From a virus, in the IMG/VR virus record IMGVR_UViG_3300031088_000004: DNA of 50,043 nt; one strand, given 5' to 3'. The notes beneath the pieces are model-generated. The model ran no database searches. It had not been told where the DNA came from and worked only from the letters and a program-made list of their open reading frames with translations. Positions 8,409-16,998 of this stretch are shown here, piece after piece (position 1 is the first letter of the stretch; every line of letters begins with the position of its first letter). The translations under genes were made by a program, and so were the position numbers.

Positions 8409-9697
8409 TATGCGACCACCTCAGCAGGTTTGACGTCACTATAGGAAATCTCTACACCGTTCCGGATAAGGACAATGTCTTCTGTATTCCCTTTCCACTC
8501 CTTATACCGCTCCACGATAACGTCTACATATCGCGGATCGAGTTCCATTGATCGATTCACACGCCCAGTCTGTTCACTGGCAATTAAAGTGGATCCACTC
8601 CCCCCGAATAAATCGAGAACTGTCCACCCCCGCTTACTCGAGTTATTGATTGCTCGAGCAACGAGTTCGATCGGCTTCATGGTCGGGTGTAACTCTGATT
8701 TCTTCGGTCTCGCCACTTCCCATACATCTGATTGCTTTCGATCTTCGAGTGGCATCAAACGCGGAGCACCGCCTTTCCACCCGTACCAGATCGGCTCATA
8801 CTGCGTGTGATAATCCTTCCGCGATAATACAAGCGAATCTTTCGCCCAAATGATTGTTGAGGACCAATGGTAATCATTCATAGCAAGCGTCAGCATCATA
8901 TTTCCCCACTCTTGGGCGGACATGACAACATATGTACATGCACCATCTTCAGAAAAGGCAGCGGAGTTCGCAAAGATCGCATTCATGAACTGTTTAAAGT
9001 CTTCCGTTCCCATGAAGTCATTTAATATCTTTCGTGGCTTGTACCCTTGGGAATTGCCTTCCTTCACGTCTCCATAGTTCACGTTCCATGGCGGATCAGT
9101 GAAGACCATCTGCGCTTTGTTGCCATCCATGAGGACCGACACGTCCGCTTCGCTTGTTGAGTCACCACACATCAAACGGTGATTCCCTAAACGCCATACG
9201 TCCCCTAGTTGAGAGATAGCCGGTGCATTCTCCATCGCTTCGTCTAAATCAAAATTATCCTCTTCCGGATCCGCGAGCGGTTCGTCGAATGCATCGAATA
9301 AATCAGTCACCTCGTCCATGCTGAATCCTGTAATGTCGAGATCATAACCTTCTCCGTCCAAGTCTTTGAGTAGTGAAGCCAGCGCTTCGTCATCCCATTC
9401 ACCTGTGATCTTGTTCAAAGCAATGTTTAAAGCCTTCTCTGCGGTCTCGTCCAGATCGACAACAGAAACGTCCACCTCGAGCACTCCTAAATTCTTCATG
9501 ACAGTCAGACGTTGATGTCCTCCGACGATCGTTCCTGTCCGCTCGTTCCAAATGATCGGATCAACATAGCCGAATTCCTCAATGCTCCGCTCGATTCGTT
9601 TGTATTCAGGGTCCGCGGGTTTCAGCGCCTTTCGCGGATTGTAGTCCGCTGGAATCAAGTCCCGTACGCTTTTTCGTTCCACTTTGATATTCATCAT
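8408..9697 (-). CDS. ParB-like nuclease domain fused to an N6-adenine/N4-cytosine-type DNA methyltransferase (DPPW)
   Basis: N-terminus has YNPRK...GGHQRL (ParB/Srx). Also has motif IV FTDPPWNVNYG and motif I LDLFGGSGSTLIASE. Confidence 0.9.
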   Translation of the reverse strand: MMNIKVERKSVRDLIPADYNPRKALKPADPEYKRIERSIEEFGYVDPIIWNERTGTIVGGHQRLTVMKNLGVLEVDVSVVDLDETAEKALNIALNKITGEWDDEALASLLKDLDGEGYDLDITGFSMDEVTDLFDAFDEPLADPEEDNFDLDEAMENAPAISQLGDVWRLGNHRLMCGDSTSEADVSVLMDGNKAQMVFTDPPWNVNYGDVKEGNSQGYKPRKILNDFMGTEDFKQFMNAIFANSAAFSEDGACTYVVMSAQEWGNMMLTLAMNDYHWSSTIIWAKDSLVLSRKDYHTQYEPIWYGWKGGAPRLMPLEDRKQSDVWEVARPKKSELHPTMKPIELVARAINNSSKRGWTVLDLFGGSGSTLIASEQTGRVNRSMELDPRYVDVIVERYKEWKGNTEDIVLIRNGVEISYSDVKPAEVVA

Positions 9698-9792
9698 TAT
9701 CCCGCCATTCTCGGTGTATTTTGCTATATATGTGCGAATAAGGAACGGAAATCATTCTCCGCTCCTTTCGAATCATCATAGAAATCAAACTT

Positions 9793-10005
9793 TTATTGCT
9801 TGAAACGATTCCTATGCTTTTCTTCTTCGATTTCAAACTCTCTAATAGTTCTTGGTTTAGGACATTCTTCTAGCGGTTTGGGGGTTTTTCTCACTTTGTA
9901 TTTTTCGTGCAATTCATTTTTGATTTTATATCCTAGTTCACAGCAATAACTAACGTTAGAAGAATGACCATCTAATGCTCGACATCCACCACACGTTCTC
10001 TTCAT
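9793..10005 (-). CDS. Small Cys-rich protein (70 aa)
   Basis: CGGC...CC cysteine cluster. ATG with RBS GGATGGGG. Confidence 0.55.
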   Translation of the reverse strand: MKRTCGGCRALDGHSSNVSYCCELGYKIKNELHEKYKVRKTPKPLEECPKPRTIREFEIEEEKHRNRFKQ

Positions 10006-10021
10006 TTCGTCCCCATCCTTT

Positions 10022-10513
10022 TTAGAGCAACGAAAGACCCGCTCTTATTTTTCTTTCCTTCAGCAATCTAGCCTTCAATTCTTTTCTTGATACTGGACTA
10101 ATTAGACGCGCTGCCAATGTAATTTTGAAGTCCATCGAATCGACTTCGACATCTGTATACTCAATAATCTTGTATCTCTCTCCTTCGAAAGTGAACGACT
10201 GACCCGGTCTACATTTACTCAAAGGTCTTGTCGTCTCCCCTTCCCATGGATCCAATCGTTTCTTCAAGTCGTCCACACTGACTACCTGAACGAATTCAAG
10301 TTCATCACTGAATAATGACCGAGGCGAGCGATCTACATAGTCCGTATGCATCTCTTGTACCGTATACTGCACTTGTATCTTTTTCGCTGACAAGCCGAAA
10401 CGAATGTTTTCAATGCCGATCACGTAATACATTTTCTCTTCGTAATCAATCACGTCCCCAATACGATGCGGTTGCTTAAAAAAGTTATACGTGTGCTTGA
10501 TCGTTGAAATCAT
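10022..10513 (-). CDS. Hypothetical protein (163 aa)
   Basis: ORF with ATGA start/stop coupling to the upstream gene. Confidence 0.65.
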   Translation of the reverse strand: MISTIKHTYNFFKQPHRIGDVIDYEEKMYYVIGIENIRFGLSAKKIQVQYTVQEMHTDYVDRSPRSLFSDELEFVQVVSVDDLKKRLDPWEGETTRPLSKCRPGQSFTFEGERYKIIEYTDVEVDSMDFKITLAARLISPVSRKELKARLLKERKIRAGLSLL

Positions 10514-10863
10514 CAGACATCGCCTTCCTGACGGTGGTGTCCAGCTTTTTTAGGAGGATGTTCGTTTTCTTTATATGGTGGACGCGTCGTAAAGGAAGGT
10601 TTCACGACAGTCCACCTCCGCTCGACGTTTTGCTTGAATCGTTTCTCTTCTTCCCTTCTTTGTCGCTTTCTCTCTCCAAAGGCAAAATCCATATCTTTCA
10701 CTCTTTGATCAAAGTTTTTTCGGTTAAACTCCCGCTCTTTTTCCGCTTCTCGCATCTCTTTTTTAAAGGCTCTATTCTGAATCATGAATAGAATCATGAA
10801 CAGGATCAATGAGAGTACACCGAGAGCACCGATGAAGATTGCAATCATAACGAATGGCATCAT
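10513..10863 (-). CDS. Single-pass membrane protein with a highly charged C-terminal half
   Basis: Starts MMPFVMIAIFIGALGVLSLILFMILFMI. The ATG at 10863 overlaps the upstream TGA (ATGA); the ORF track starts at a TTG at 10884. Confidence 0.65.
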   Translation of the reverse strand: MMPFVMIAIFIGALGVLSLILFMILFMIQNRAFKKEMREAEKEREFNRKNFDQRVKDMDFAFGERKRQRREEEKRFKQNVERRWTVVKPSFTTRPPYKENEHPPKKAGHHRQEGDV

Positions 10864-11051
10864 TCCGCTCCCCCCTGTTCCCAAGTAGAGTATTCAATCG
10901 TTATTGTTCGAGACATGCAGAATTCCTTTTCGCATGTCGTGCAATTCATTGTCGTGTAATCTATATCGCAATCTTCATAATCCAGCGCTTCGTTTTCTGC
11001 ATTACAGTATGGGCATTTGATTACTTCATCCATATCATTTCCGCCTCTCAT
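10860..11051 (-). CDS. Zinc-ribbon mini-protein
   Basis: CPYC...CTTC. The better RBS favours an internal ATG at 11033. Confidence 0.55.
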   Translation of the reverse strand: MRGGNDMDEVIKCPYCNAENEALDYEDCDIDYTTMNCTTCEKEFCMSRTITIEYSTWEQGGAE

Positions 11052-11057
11052 GTAGAT

Positions 11058-12062
11058 TTAACAGATTAACTGCAACTGTCCATATTGCCCTTCAATCAAT
11101 CCATCACCGTAATCTTCGTTTATGATCACTTCGAAGATAGACTCGAGCACTTGGACGACGATGCTGTTCCCTGCTAGTGCGTACAGCGTTGCATTCCGCT
11201 TGCCCGGCTTCGTCGGGAACTCCTTAAGCATGAGATCGAAGTCGCTGTCACTGAATCCAAGTAGACGCCAGCACTCCCGCTCTGTAAGGTAACGATACTG
11301 CGGACTGCTTAGACGAATGATGCCCGCGTTTGGACAGCGGTCTTGCCGTTCAGTGATCGTGTAGCAAAACTCGTCGATGACGTCCAGCTGGCGTCGATAG
11401 CTTCCGGTAGGCTTTGGATTGAACTCTTTAATCTTGCTTATCATGGACGGGACAGTGATTAGATACTGTTCCGGAATGACGTCGTCTGGTCCATATTCTA
11501 AAAATTCCTTGATGTGACGCATCGGGCGCTTGTTGAGTTTTCCAAAGTCGAACCGCTTCCCCTCGAGTATCGAGATGCAGAAAACGCGCTCCCGGTTATG
11601 CGGAATCCCAAAGTCTCGCGCATCCAGAACGTCATATGAATTCGTATAACCAAGCGACTCCATTTCACTCAAATAAAAATTGAAAATTGGGATGACATTC
11701 TTATCAAGTACGCCTTTAACGTTCTCCCAAAGAATGACTTTCGGTCGCCATTCGCCCATTTCTTTGACGATCCGGATGGTCTCGAGCATGAGTTGTGAAC
11801 GCGATTCAATGTCCGCTCCTTTGCGTACTTTGTTACCTCTGCTGTTGTCCTGGCAAGGTGAACCATGAACTAAAAGGTCCGGCTTCAGGTCCCATAAACG
11901 CACGTCCTGTGGCTTGTGTAAGTTACTGTATAAAGCGTTATATGCTTTGACTCGGTTCGCTTGCCACTCGACATAGTCAATACATTTGTGTTCAATACCT
12001 AAGTTCACCAGCGCTTTTCGTGGAGCACCGATCCCACCGAACAATTCTAAAATTTTGATCAT
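11058..12062 (-). CDS. DNA (cytosine-5)-methyltransferase
   Basis: Motifs FGGIGA (I), GSPCQDNS (IV), ENVKG (VI), RERVF (VIII) and GNSI (X). The ATG at 12062 follows GAGGAGGGGTGAC; the ORF track starts at 12137. Confidence 0.92.
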   Translation of the reverse strand: MIKILELFGGIGAPRKALVNLGIEHKCIDYVEWQANRVKAYNALYSNLHKPQDVRLWDLKPDLLVHGSPCQDNSRGNKVRKGADIESRSQLMLETIRIVKEMGEWRPKVILWENVKGVLDKNVIPIFNFYLSEMESLGYTNSYDVLDARDFGIPHNRERVFCISILEGKRFDFGKLNKRPMRHIKEFLEYGPDDVIPEQYLITVPSMISKIKEFNPKPTGSYRRQLDVIDEFCYTITERQDRCPNAGIIRLSSPQYRYLTERECWRLLGFSDSDFDLMLKEFPTKPGKRNATLYALAGNSIVVQVLESIFEVIINEDYGDGLIEGQYGQLQLIC

Positions 12063-12063
12063 G

Positions 12064-12252
12064 TCACCCCTCCTCACGTTCCTCATTTTTTCTCGCCATG
12101 TCTTCCAAGCAATTTTCAAAGCGCACTGCTTCAGCAATGACCGCTTCGTCGTTCTCCTCGATCATTCGTTCAATCTTTTCTCTCCGAGCTTCCTCATCAA
12201 TTTTGATGTGATCAATCACTGAAGATGTCCATTCTTTAAAACTTCGCTTCAT
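12064..12252 (-). CDS. Hypothetical acidic protein (62 aa)
   Basis: ATG at 12252 lies 6 nt after GAGGGAG. Confidence 0.55.
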   Translation of the reverse strand: MKRSFKEWTSSVIDHIKIDEEARREKIERMIEENDEAVIAEAVRFENCLEDMARKNEEREEG

Positions 12253-12263
12253 GTCTTTCTCCC

Positions 12264-13241
12264 TCACGCTTCATGAATTAATTCGATTTGAATATCGGAA
12301 AGCCGACGCTTAGCAATGTCGATGTAGCGCGGGTTTAATTCAATTCCGATGTAATTTCGTTCGTGCTTCAACGCCACGACTCCGGTTGTTCCGGAACCGA
12401 AAAATGGATCTAACACGACGCCACCTTTTGGGCAGCCGGCGATGATACAAGGCTGAATCAATAGTTCTGGAAAGGTAGCAAAATGCGCGTCTTTAATCGG
12501 CTTAATTGCTACAGTCCATACTGATCGTTTGTTCCGTTTTTCTTTGATGGCGCGGAAAGAATCGTCTCCACGCTTCCCTGAAAATGAACCGCGTGCCGCA
12601 CTTCTCCGAACGCTTTGCTGTGGTCCCATGGCTCCAACCGATCCGCGGACATCTTGTGTTCCATAGATGGCCGCTTCTTTGATTGCTTCGTGATCATAAA
12701 AATAAACTGGACTTTTCGAGAGCAAAAAAATGTACTCATGCGCTCGTGTCGGACGATCCCGGACGCTTTCTGGCATCGGATTTGTCTTATTCCAGATGAT
12801 GTCTTGTCGTAAGTACCACCCGTCCTGTTGAAGTGCGAATGCAAGTCGCCATGGCAGCCCAACTAAATCTTTTGGTTTCAATCCTTGAACGGTTTTTGCT
12901 CGAGCAACGATCCCCGTCGCCTGTCCGATCGATTGAATACTATTGCCTCCGACGTTTGCTTTACCGTCAGAATTCCGTCCTCCGTTGCTTCCTGCATATG
13001 TGTCTCCGAGATTTACCCATAAGGTCCCCTCGTCTTTCAAAACGCGTCTGACTTCGCGGAATACTGCTACCAGTGCATTGATATATTCGTCGACCGATTC
13101 TTCTAAACCGATCTGACCATTGACGCCATAATCGCGTAATCCCCAATAAGGTGGACTCGTTACAACGCTATCGACACTCTTGTCTTGCATCCCTTTCAGA
13201 ACGTCGAGACAGTGTCCTTCGAAAATCTCATTGATGTACAT
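12264..13241 (-). CDS. DNA methyltransferase, N4-C/N6-A beta class (SPPY)
   Basis: Motif IV VVTSPPYWGLRDY lies upstream of motif I LDPFFGSGTTGVVA. The ATG at 13241 lies 5 nt after AGGAGG; the ORF track GTG is at 13268. Confidence 0.9.
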   Translation of the reverse strand: MYINEIFEGHCLDVLKGMQDKSVDSVVTSPPYWGLRDYGVNGQIGLEESVDEYINALVAVFREVRRVLKDEGTLWVNLGDTYAGSNGGRNSDGKANVGGNSIQSIGQATGIVARAKTVQGLKPKDLVGLPWRLAFALQQDGWYLRQDIIWNKTNPMPESVRDRPTRAHEYIFLLSKSPVYFYDHEAIKEAAIYGTQDVRGSVGAMGPQQSVRRSAARGSFSGKRGDDSFRAIKEKRNKRSVWTVAIKPIKDAHFATFPELLIQPCIIAGCPKGGVVLDPFFGSGTTGVVALKHERNYIGIELNPRYIDIAKRRLSDIQIELIHEA

Positions 13242-13292
13242 AAAAGCCTCCTGTTTTTCTAAAATCACTGTCGAAGAGCATAAGGGAAAACT

Positions 13293-13343
13293 GCTATCAC
13301 TCAGCGTTCTAGCCTAGGCGGTGCCTAGTGTTTCCGCGATAGC
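13293..13343 (-). other. Nested stem-loop in the methylase leader
   Basis: Outer pair GCTATC/GATAGC encloses CTAGGC-ggt-GCCTAG. Confidence 0.35.
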
Positions 13344-13344
13344 A

Positions 13345-13378
13345 TCAAAAACGTCAAAATGGCACAGTGCGTGCCATT
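13345..13378 (-). terminator. Intrinsic terminator-like hairpin (hairpin B) followed by a U-tract
   Basis: Minus strand reads AAUGGCACG-CAC-UGUGCCAUU followed by UUGACGUUUUUGA. Confidence 0.5.
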
Positions 13379-13391
13379 AAAACGTCCGTTT

Positions 13392-13408
13392 TGGCACAGT
13401 GTGTGCCA
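13392..13408 (-). promoter_or_regulatory. Hairpin A, near-identical to hairpin B, starting immediately after the stop codon of the 36-codon ORF
   Basis: TGGCACA-CAC-TGTGCCA. Its 3' arm is complementary to the 5' arm of hairpin B. Confidence 0.45.
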
Positions 13409-13519
13409 TTACTTAATTGCTTTTCTGCTCCGTTTCATCCATCCAAATACTGCTGCCAGTGCTTCAAATGAGTAAAAGATGATGATTGCCTCCACTAAAA
13501 TTTCGAGATTGTTTTGCAT
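13409..13519 (-). CDS. 36-aa hydrophobic small ORF / candidate leader peptide (not in the ORF track)
   Basis: ATG lies 8 nt after AAAGGGG. Encodes MQNNLEILVEAIIIFYSFEALAAVFGWMKRSRKAIK. Confidence 0.45.
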   Translation of the reverse strand: MQNNLEILVEAIIIFYSFEALAAVFGWMKRSRKAIK

Positions 13520-13576
13520 GGACTAAAACCCCTTTAAATATTTTGTATGGATGATACCGGAGCGTTTTAAGCAATC

Positions 13577-14101
13577 TTAATAACCTTGAGCAATACGCTG
13601 ATAATTTTTTGCGTTCATGTCGTCATAAGACTTCCGCATGTCCTCGTCGGTGTAGTAAAGAAGCTCCAAGATTAATGTCTCAACTGCTAAAATCGACATC
13701 CAGTCATTCGCCCGTTTCCCTAGTATCGGCAGCAAGGCGTGAACCTTTGAATGCTCTGTTGCATCCTTCACTTTTTCTCGGTACCGTTCCACTTCATCGC
13801 TGATCATAACATAGAGTTTTGTGCGCATAGATTCCGTATCTTCGAAATCTTGGTAAACGATTTGAGCGCCGAAGTGCCATGCATCAATGCACTCGTTTAA
13901 AATATTTTCGGCATTGTTCTCTTTATGCTTCCACCACTTTATCTCGTTTGCGAATTCGTTAAAAAACTCTCCACGTTCTGCAATGATGGCAAGTTCACGA
14001 TGTGTGAAGTTCGGTAACCAGCGAGCATTTTTCAGGAAGGCTCGGTCCAATTCTTTCTGTCGTTCGATGATATATTCAAACGTTTCACGACCCATTAGCA
14101 T
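13577..14101 (-). CDS. All-alpha NTP pyrophosphohydrolase, dimeric dUTPase-like
   Basis: The pattern ...QKELDRAF...ERGEFFNEFANEIKWWKHK...ECIDAWHF resembles the dUTPase_2/MazG-like superfamily. Confidence 0.55.
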   Translation of the reverse strand: MLMGRETFEYIIERQKELDRAFLKNARWLPNFTHRELAIIAERGEFFNEFANEIKWWKHKENNAENILNECIDAWHFGAQIVYQDFEDTESMRTKLYVMISDEVERYREKVKDATEHSKVHALLPILGKRANDWMSILAVETLILELLYYTDEDMRKSYDDMNAKNYQRIAQGY

Positions 14102-14122
14102 GCATAATCCGCTCCATTCGAT

Positions 14123-14515
14123 TCAAAATAATTTCAGCTGTCCTATTTCCGGAGGACGTTCGAATGACTTCACAATAGCGGGTGCCGGATTCGGTTCTTC
14201 GACTTTTTTATCTGGTAAACGTCCAGGAGACACCTCGTCAAATTCGCGTTGATGTTCTTCTGTCCACTCTCCAAGAATCGTGTACTTGTTGATTAGATAT
14301 TCCGGTCGACCAATCCAAAGCGTCACCAGCTTCGGCACAACGCCACTGTTCATGTTGACTCCGTCTTCTAGTGTCTTGCCCCAAAATTTATAGACGACGC
14401 ATTGAGGAACTTGTGAGTAGATCGCGCAACCGAAGCTCTCACCGTCGTTCGACTGACATGCATATTTTTTTCCGTATTCCATGACGGGAACATTCTGTTT
14501 GGCTACTTGTGCCAT
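14123..14515 (-). CDS. Hypothetical protein (130 aa)
   Basis: ATG after AAGGAGGAC. Confidence 0.65.
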   Translation of the reverse strand: MAQVAKQNVPVMEYGKKYACQSNDGESFGCAIYSQVPQCVVYKFWGKTLEDGVNMNSGVVPKLVTLWIGRPEYLINKYTILGEWTEEHQREFDEVSPGRLPDKKVEEPNPAPAIVKSFERPPEIGQLKLF

Positions 14516-14530
14516 GTGAAGTCCTCCTTG

Positions 14531-15190
14531 TTAGTTGTTGTTCAGTTTCGCTCGTACGTGGAGCTTTTTATTTCGCGTCTCCACTTCACACCAATCCGAT
14601 TCGAATTGCCTCAGCGCGCTCGAGAGGCTACTGACCGGACTTTTATAATACGTTTCGCAATGTTGTAAGACTTCCCGGAGCTCGATCCAGTCGCCCTTCG
14701 CTTCGAGATAACGACGGACACGAATAATCATCAGTCGATAGTCTGTGATATATCCACCGCCCCTGCTACCACCTGCAAGCGCGTATTTTTGCTCTTGCTT
14801 CAGATAAGCACGAATGTCTGTTTTTTTATCGAAAGCGCGACGGTAAACCGCTGCACGTTTCGTTTGAACGGATCCATCTGAATGGACGTAGAGGATGCCG
14901 ATTCCGTACTTTCGGAAGATTCGCTCAAGGAATCGCGGGAACCCGACTTTCCGTTCTGGAATAGCAATATACACGTATGCGAAGGATCGTTTCCGCTCGA
15001 TAACTTGGTCGATCAACGTCATCGACAACGTCTTTTTCATTTCGATACAGACAATTTGTTGTGCGTTAGCTGCCACGATGTCCGCTCGACCTCCGCCCGG
15101 AAGAACAACCTCTGAATAAATTTCGTAGCCAGCTCCTTCGAAGTACTCGCGGAGCGGTTCGAACATATCCGCTTCCGTCTTAAAGCTCAT
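14531..15190 (-). CDS. PD-(D/E)XK nuclease-like protein (MmcB/Hjc-like core) with a C-terminal extension
   Basis: GYEIYSEVVLPGGGRADIVA...IVCIEMKK fits a D...E-x-K core. ATG at 15190 follows a GAGG RBS. Confidence 0.55.
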   Translation of the reverse strand: MSFKTEADMFEPLREYFEGAGYEIYSEVVLPGGGRADIVAANAQQIVCIEMKKTLSMTLIDQVIERKRSFAYVYIAIPERKVGFPRFLERIFRKYGIGILYVHSDGSVQTKRAAVYRRAFDKKTDIRAYLKQEQKYALAGGSRGGGYITDYRLMIIRVRRYLEAKGDWIELREVLQHCETYYKSPVSSLSSALRQFESDWCEVETRNKKLHVRAKLNNN

Positions 15191-15623
15191 TCTGAAGGAC
15201 CTCAATGTCTTTCTTTGAGAACGCGGTATGTTGTTCTAGCCAGCTGAAGTTTGGCGGTAAATAGCGAACCGTTAAATCGTCTTCTGGAAGCGTTGTGAAC
15301 TGTGATGCGCGGTTCGATTCGTAATATGTCATCGGTTCCAAGTCTCGATTCCCTTTCAAAATACAAGCGCCCAGTGGCGTCAGAAGGGATTCAAGGTGCA
15401 ACCCGCATATCGTTAAGTGCGACCACCGCGTCACATGATCTTTTACTTCCGCTAACGCCATGTCACTATCTATGTTTTTAGCAAGGTACGAGTATTCGCT
15501 TAGTTCGCGTATTTGCTTTTTTCCGAGTGAGATCACGTTCGGGTTACAACCGTATTTTTCGTAAAAAGCGCGTTTCTTCTCTTCGATCTGAGCGACTAAA
15601 TGTTCAATTGCCACGTCCATCAT
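15180..15623 (-). CDS. Hypothetical protein (147 aa)
   Basis: ATG after GAGGTGAGAG. Confidence 0.65.
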   Translation of the reverse strand: MMDVAIEHLVAQIEEKKRAFYEKYGCNPNVISLGKKQIRELSEYSYLAKNIDSDMALAEVKDHVTRWSHLTICGLHLESLLTPLGACILKGNRDLEPMTYYESNRASQFTTLPEDDLTVRYLPPNFSWLEQHTAFSKKDIEVLQNEL

Positions 15624-15632
15624 CCTCTCACC

Positions 15633-15782
15633 TCAGAAAATTAGTGTGAGCGGGAATGAGAAGACACATGCGATTAAAACGGCTGCCATAACGTTTCGAA
15701 TGTCTTTGTCATCAGTTCCGACGATAAAGATAGAGCATAGGATCATCAACAATACGACAATGATTTGATAGACCAGCTCCAT
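15633..15782 (-). CDS. 49-aa two-helix membrane mini-protein (not in the ORF track)
   Basis: The ATG at 15782 abuts the upstream stop codon at 15784-86. Encodes MELVYQIIVVLLMILCSIFIVGTDDKDIRNVMAAVLIACVFSFPLTLIF. Confidence 0.45.
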   Translation of the reverse strand: MELVYQIIVVLLMILCSIFIVGTDDKDIRNVMAAVLIACVFSFPLTLIF

Positions 15783-15783
15783 C

Positions 15784-16011
15784 TTATTCGTCCTCTTCTG
15801 TCGGCATATCGCCGTAATATCGAATCATGTATTCTTCGGTCACTTCCCACGCTCGATCATGCAAGTTTGACATGCGAGTGCCGTACAATGGCTTTCCATT
15901 TTCGTTGTCGCGCCAAATACGCTTCTGTAAAGTTTTATACTTCAGTCCCCATAGTTTGGCTGCCTCTTTGATGCTGTAAATCTGATTCTCTCCCAAATGG
16001 AAAACCCCCAA
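15784..16011 (-). CDS. Small HTH DNA-binding protein
   Basis: YSIKEAAKLWGLKYKTLQKRI. The start is uncertain (TTG at 16011 or 15996). Confidence 0.6.
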   Translation of the reverse strand: MGVFHLGENQIYSIKEAAKLWGLKYKTLQKRIWRDNENGKPLYGTRMSNLHDRAWEVTEEYMIRYYGDMPTEEDE

Positions 16012-16015
16012 TAAA

Positions 16016-16642
16016 TTAATTAAGTGTCATCGAGAGCTGCCTCCGTTCTTCCTCTTGCTCGTGCATGAACTCTTGCCACCAGCGTTGGAGGGTGTCGGAA
16101 GAATATCGCATAGCGATCGTCTTCAGCTCTGTTCGACTTTCCTGAACTACTCGATTATACATTGCCAGTTGTTGTTCTGTATGTTTAAGAAGCTGTGGAT
16201 GATTATAGCCATTATGCTTGAACAGTTCATTTTCTTCCGAAAACGACGTGAAGTTCACCCGAGGTGTTTTCTCACCTGTTAAGGCGTGAAGGTACTCTTG
16301 CTGTATATTGGCAAGGCTTGCCGAACTTAAGCTCTCGCGAAGAAGGAAATGTTTGAACCGCGCTTCGTCTTGCTGTTCTTGCTGCTCTTTTTCTAAAAGG
16401 AATAAATCCTCATACAGCGCGATAAGCGTCCCACGAATTTCTGTTCCAGCCTTAATATCTGGATTTTCCGCTTCTCGTTCAAGAATTTGTTCTCTCTTGA
16501 TACGAATGATGTCCATCGGGAGTTCCTCATCTTCATTCTGAAAATGGATGGAAACAGCAAACTGTTCTTCCGGAAGACTCATCATTTTGTGAATCACTTG
16601 ATTGATACGATCTTCAAGCGTTTTTCGTTTTTGGATATACAT
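16016..16642 (-). CDS. Hypothetical Glu/Gln-rich protein (208 aa)
   Basis: The ATG at 16642 lies 8 nt after AAAGGGG. The track start at 16726 (ATGA coupling) remains possible. Confidence 0.6.
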   Translation of the reverse strand: MYIQKRKTLEDRINQVIHKMMSLPEEQFAVSIHFQNEDEELPMDIIRIKREQILEREAENPDIKAGTEIRGTLIALYEDLFLLEKEQQEQQDEARFKHFLLRESLSSASLANIQQEYLHALTGEKTPRVNFTSFSEENELFKHNGYNHPQLLKHTEQQLAMYNRVVQESRTELKTIAMRYSSDTLQRWWQEFMHEQEEERRQLSMTLN

Positions 16643-16722
16643 GAAAACAACCCCTTTGATTTTGTGCGGATCATGGACCCGATTGCCCGGTCGCCGTAGC
16701 GACCAGACTGTCGGACACACCA

Positions 16723-16998
16723 TCAAGCAACTTGTGTTAAGCGTCGAATCCGCTTCTTCCGGACGAGAATCACTTTGACGTTCTCAGCTGGTATCGGGTA
16801 TGGGAAGTCACGGAAAGGAACGCGGATCCGGAATGCTCCATCTAGCGTTTCGATGATTTCGAAGCTCTGACCTAACTGAATGCCGTTCTTGCTGTCGATA
16901 GGGTCTAGGACTTCGATCTTTACGAACTGGACGTTCTCGCGGACGTGAGGCGTAATTCCGAAGCATTTCATCATCTTGAAGTAGGCGCGTTTCTTCAT
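16723..16998 (-). CDS. Hypothetical protein (91 aa)
   Basis: ATGA-coupled ORF. Confidence 0.6.
   Translation of the reverse strand: MKKRAYFKMMKCFGITPHVRENVQFVKIEVLDPIDSKNGIQLGQSFEIIETLDGAFRIRVPFRDFPYPIPAENVKVILVRKKRIRRLTQVA

Noticed and set aside
9606-9755. 49-codon ORF with a strong RBS (AAAGGAG-N6-ATG) overlapping the start of the ParB-methylase gene out of frame
   Set aside because: It overlaps 92 nt of the conserved ParB N-terminus and has no recognisable product. The RBS-like sequence is also part of a local hairpin (GGAACGGA...TCCGCTCC). I kept it only as a remote possibility of an upstream regulatory ORF.
16643-16726. N-terminal 28-aa extension (MMVCPTVWSLRRPGNRVHDPHKIKGVVF) of the 16016 gene
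   Set aside because: The internal ATG at 16642 has a much better RBS, and the extension has an atypical composition. ATGA coupling at 16726 means it cannot be fully excluded.
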